Below the pieces are notes generated by a model that was not told where the DNA came from, ran no database searches, and was given only the letters and a program-made list of their open reading frames with translations. A stretch of DNA of 33,623 bases from a virus: IMG/VR virus record IMGVR_UViG_3300035698_011402; one strand, given 5' to 3'. Positions within the stretch are counted from its first letter, which is position 1; each line of letters starts with the position of its first letter. This document shows, piece after piece, positions 32,405-33,623 of this stretch. The position numbers and the translations under genes are program-made.

Positions 32405-32916
32405 TAAAAGCCATTAGAATTCATAACCGATTTCATATGGACCTTATTGCGAACAAGATGGAGAAGATTTCTGATGTGGGATTATCTGAGTGGTATCTTG
32501 TTTCCATTCATACAACTCCCGAAGAGGAGTTTGTTACTGAATATAAAGCTCCCCGACTACAGAAGTTAGGTTGCAAAGGAACATTATCTCTGTGTTTTTG
32601 GGACATTACCAAAGATCGTCTAACGGAAAGATTTGCTGAAAGATATCCTAATTATGTTTTGTTCGATGCAGATATGGCAGACAGAACAGTGAAGTTTTTG
32701 AATGCTATTCACAAACAGCCCGGAGAGCAACTTTTGCTTTTGCATTGTGATGCAGGCATTTCACGCTCTGGTGCTGTCGGTCAGTTTGCAAACGATCTTT
32801 ATGGATTTGGATATGAAGAGTTTCATCGTTTAAACCCTGACAATCGTCCAAATATTCTCGTGACAAGTCTTTTAAAAGAAGCCGCAGGATGGAACCCAAT
32901 TGGAGAAAAACAATGA
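32401..32916 (+). CDS. dual-specificity/protein-tyrosine phosphatase-like protein
   Basis: HCDAGISRSG = CX5R(S/T) phosphatase P-loop signature. Confidence 0.6.
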   Translation: MIKAIRIHNRFHMDLIANKMEKISDVGLSEWYLVSIHTTPEEEFVTEYKAPRLQKLGCKGTLSLCFWDITKDRLTERFAERYPNYVLFDADMADRTVKFLNAIHKQPGEQLLLLHCDAGISRSGAVGQFANDLYGFGYEEFHRLNPDNRPNILVTSLLKEAAGWNPIGEKQ

Positions 32917-33542
32917 AAGCCTATAAAGCTACACGGAATATGAAATGTAAATCTATAACTTATGAAGTCGGTAAAACCTATGAGTTTATTGGGGAAATAA
33001 AAATGTGTTTCCAAGGATTTCATTTCTGTGAAAATCCTCGGGATACCTTAAAGTATTATCCGCTTAATAAAGACCTTGAATTAATGGAAATTGATGTTTT
33101 AGGTGATGTTCAAGAAGAATCTGACAAATCCATTACGAATAAATTTAAAGTTTTGAGAATTGTCCCACAAGAAGAGTATCCAAAACTACTAGGATTGACT
33201 GTAGATTCAAATGGAAACATAACTAAAAAAGTTAATCCAAATGGTAATATTTACGAATATGATTCTAATGGAAATATAACTAAACACGTTTCTCCAAATG
33301 GTGATATTTATGAATATGAATCTGAATATGATTCTAATGGAAATATAACTAAACACGTTTCTCCAAATGGTGATATTTATGAATATGAATATGATTCTAA
33401 TGGAAATATAACTAAACACGTTAATCCAAATGGTGAAACTTACGAATATGAATACGATTCTAATGGAAATATGATTAAAGAAGTTTATCCAAATGGTGAT
33501 ACATGGAGTATCGTAATCACAGGAGAAAACTATGAAAGTTAA
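32913..33542 (+). CDS. YD-repeat protein (N-terminal globular domain plus about six 21-aa tandem repeats)
   Basis: Repeats DSNGNITKHVSPNGDIYEYEY encoded by near-identical about 63-bp DNA repeats 33200-33500; GGAGAAAAACAATG RBS; start at 32913 rather than 32889. Confidence 0.6.
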   Translation: MKAYKATRNMKCKSITYEVGKTYEFIGEIKMCFQGFHFCENPRDTLKYYPLNKDLELMEIDVLGDVQEESDKSITNKFKVLRIVPQEEYPKLLGLTVDSNGNITKKVNPNGNIYEYDSNGNITKHVSPNGDIYEYESEYDSNGNITKHVSPNGDIYEYEYDSNGNITKHVNPNGETYEYEYDSNGNMIKEVYPNGDTWSIVITGENYES

Positions 33543-33623
33543 ATGGCTATTAGAAGAAGATATGTCTTGGAATGACAATCCCGATGTGTTGTCAGGTCCT
33601 ATCGCTGAGTTGGGGATGGAATG
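33532..33623 (+). CDS. 5' end of a gene continuing beyond the window
   Basis: ATG with AGGAGAAAACTATG RBS; open to the window end (MKVKWLLEEDMSWNDNPDVLSGPIAELGME...). Confidence 0.4.
   Translation, partial: MKVKWLLEEDMSWNDNPDVLSGPIAELGME

Noticed and set aside
1-33623. Genome-wide TAG reassignment (stop-codon recoding), as seen in some phages carrying suppressor tRNAs
   Set aside because: About twelve ORFs in the window end in TAG and each is followed within 3-12 codons by another in-frame stop. The 839-aa MVP gene and other long genes contain no in-frame TAG. TAG therefore behaves as a stop, with one local exception at 28409.
1-33623. Prophage or bacterial chromosomal island interpretation
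   Set aside because: No integrase, attachment-site repeats, host housekeeping genes or strand switching were found. The gene density, one-strand organisation, HNH load and tRNA/tmRNA content fit a lytic large-phage genome segment better, though this cannot be proven from one window.

Overview
This AT-rich window (roughly 35-40% GC by eye) looks like part of a large virulent bacteriophage genome. About 85 mostly small genes are packed tightly, and all but one sit on the + strand. They are interspersed with tRNA and tRNA-like genes, five HNH homing endonucleases, perfect sigma70-type promoters and a few strong intrinsic terminators. Named components are listed under features with evidence and confidence. 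Four things stand out. (1) An 839-aa single ORF (28754-31273) reads as a full-length major vault protein (MVP) homolog, with N-terminal MVP repeats, a shoulder domain and a C-terminal cap-helix coiled coil; a virus-encoded vault shell protein would be new. (2) There is a dense RNA-repair and ribosome-rescue toolkit: polynucleotide 5'-kinase, Tpt1/KptA RNA 2'-phosphotransferase, PTH2-type peptidyl-tRNA hydrolase in three copies, an Smr-domain protein, two GatB/YqeY-domain proteins, a one-piece tmRNA and an amber-suppressor tRNA(CUA). (3) One of the PTH2 copies, directly upstream of the MVP gene, carries an in-frame TAG, while TAG otherwise behaves as a normal stop; this suggests suppressor-dependent expression. 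(4) Several structured RNAs are unclassified: two tRNAs with ~45-nt insertions between the D and T arms, a tRNA-like RNA whose anticodon arm is capped by a GNRA tetraloop, a promoter-driven GC-rich structured RNA of about 350 nt just upstream of the tmRNA, and an ORF-free GC-rich region at 21000-21400. No CRISPR array, integrase or capsid, tail or terminase genes were recognised in this window.
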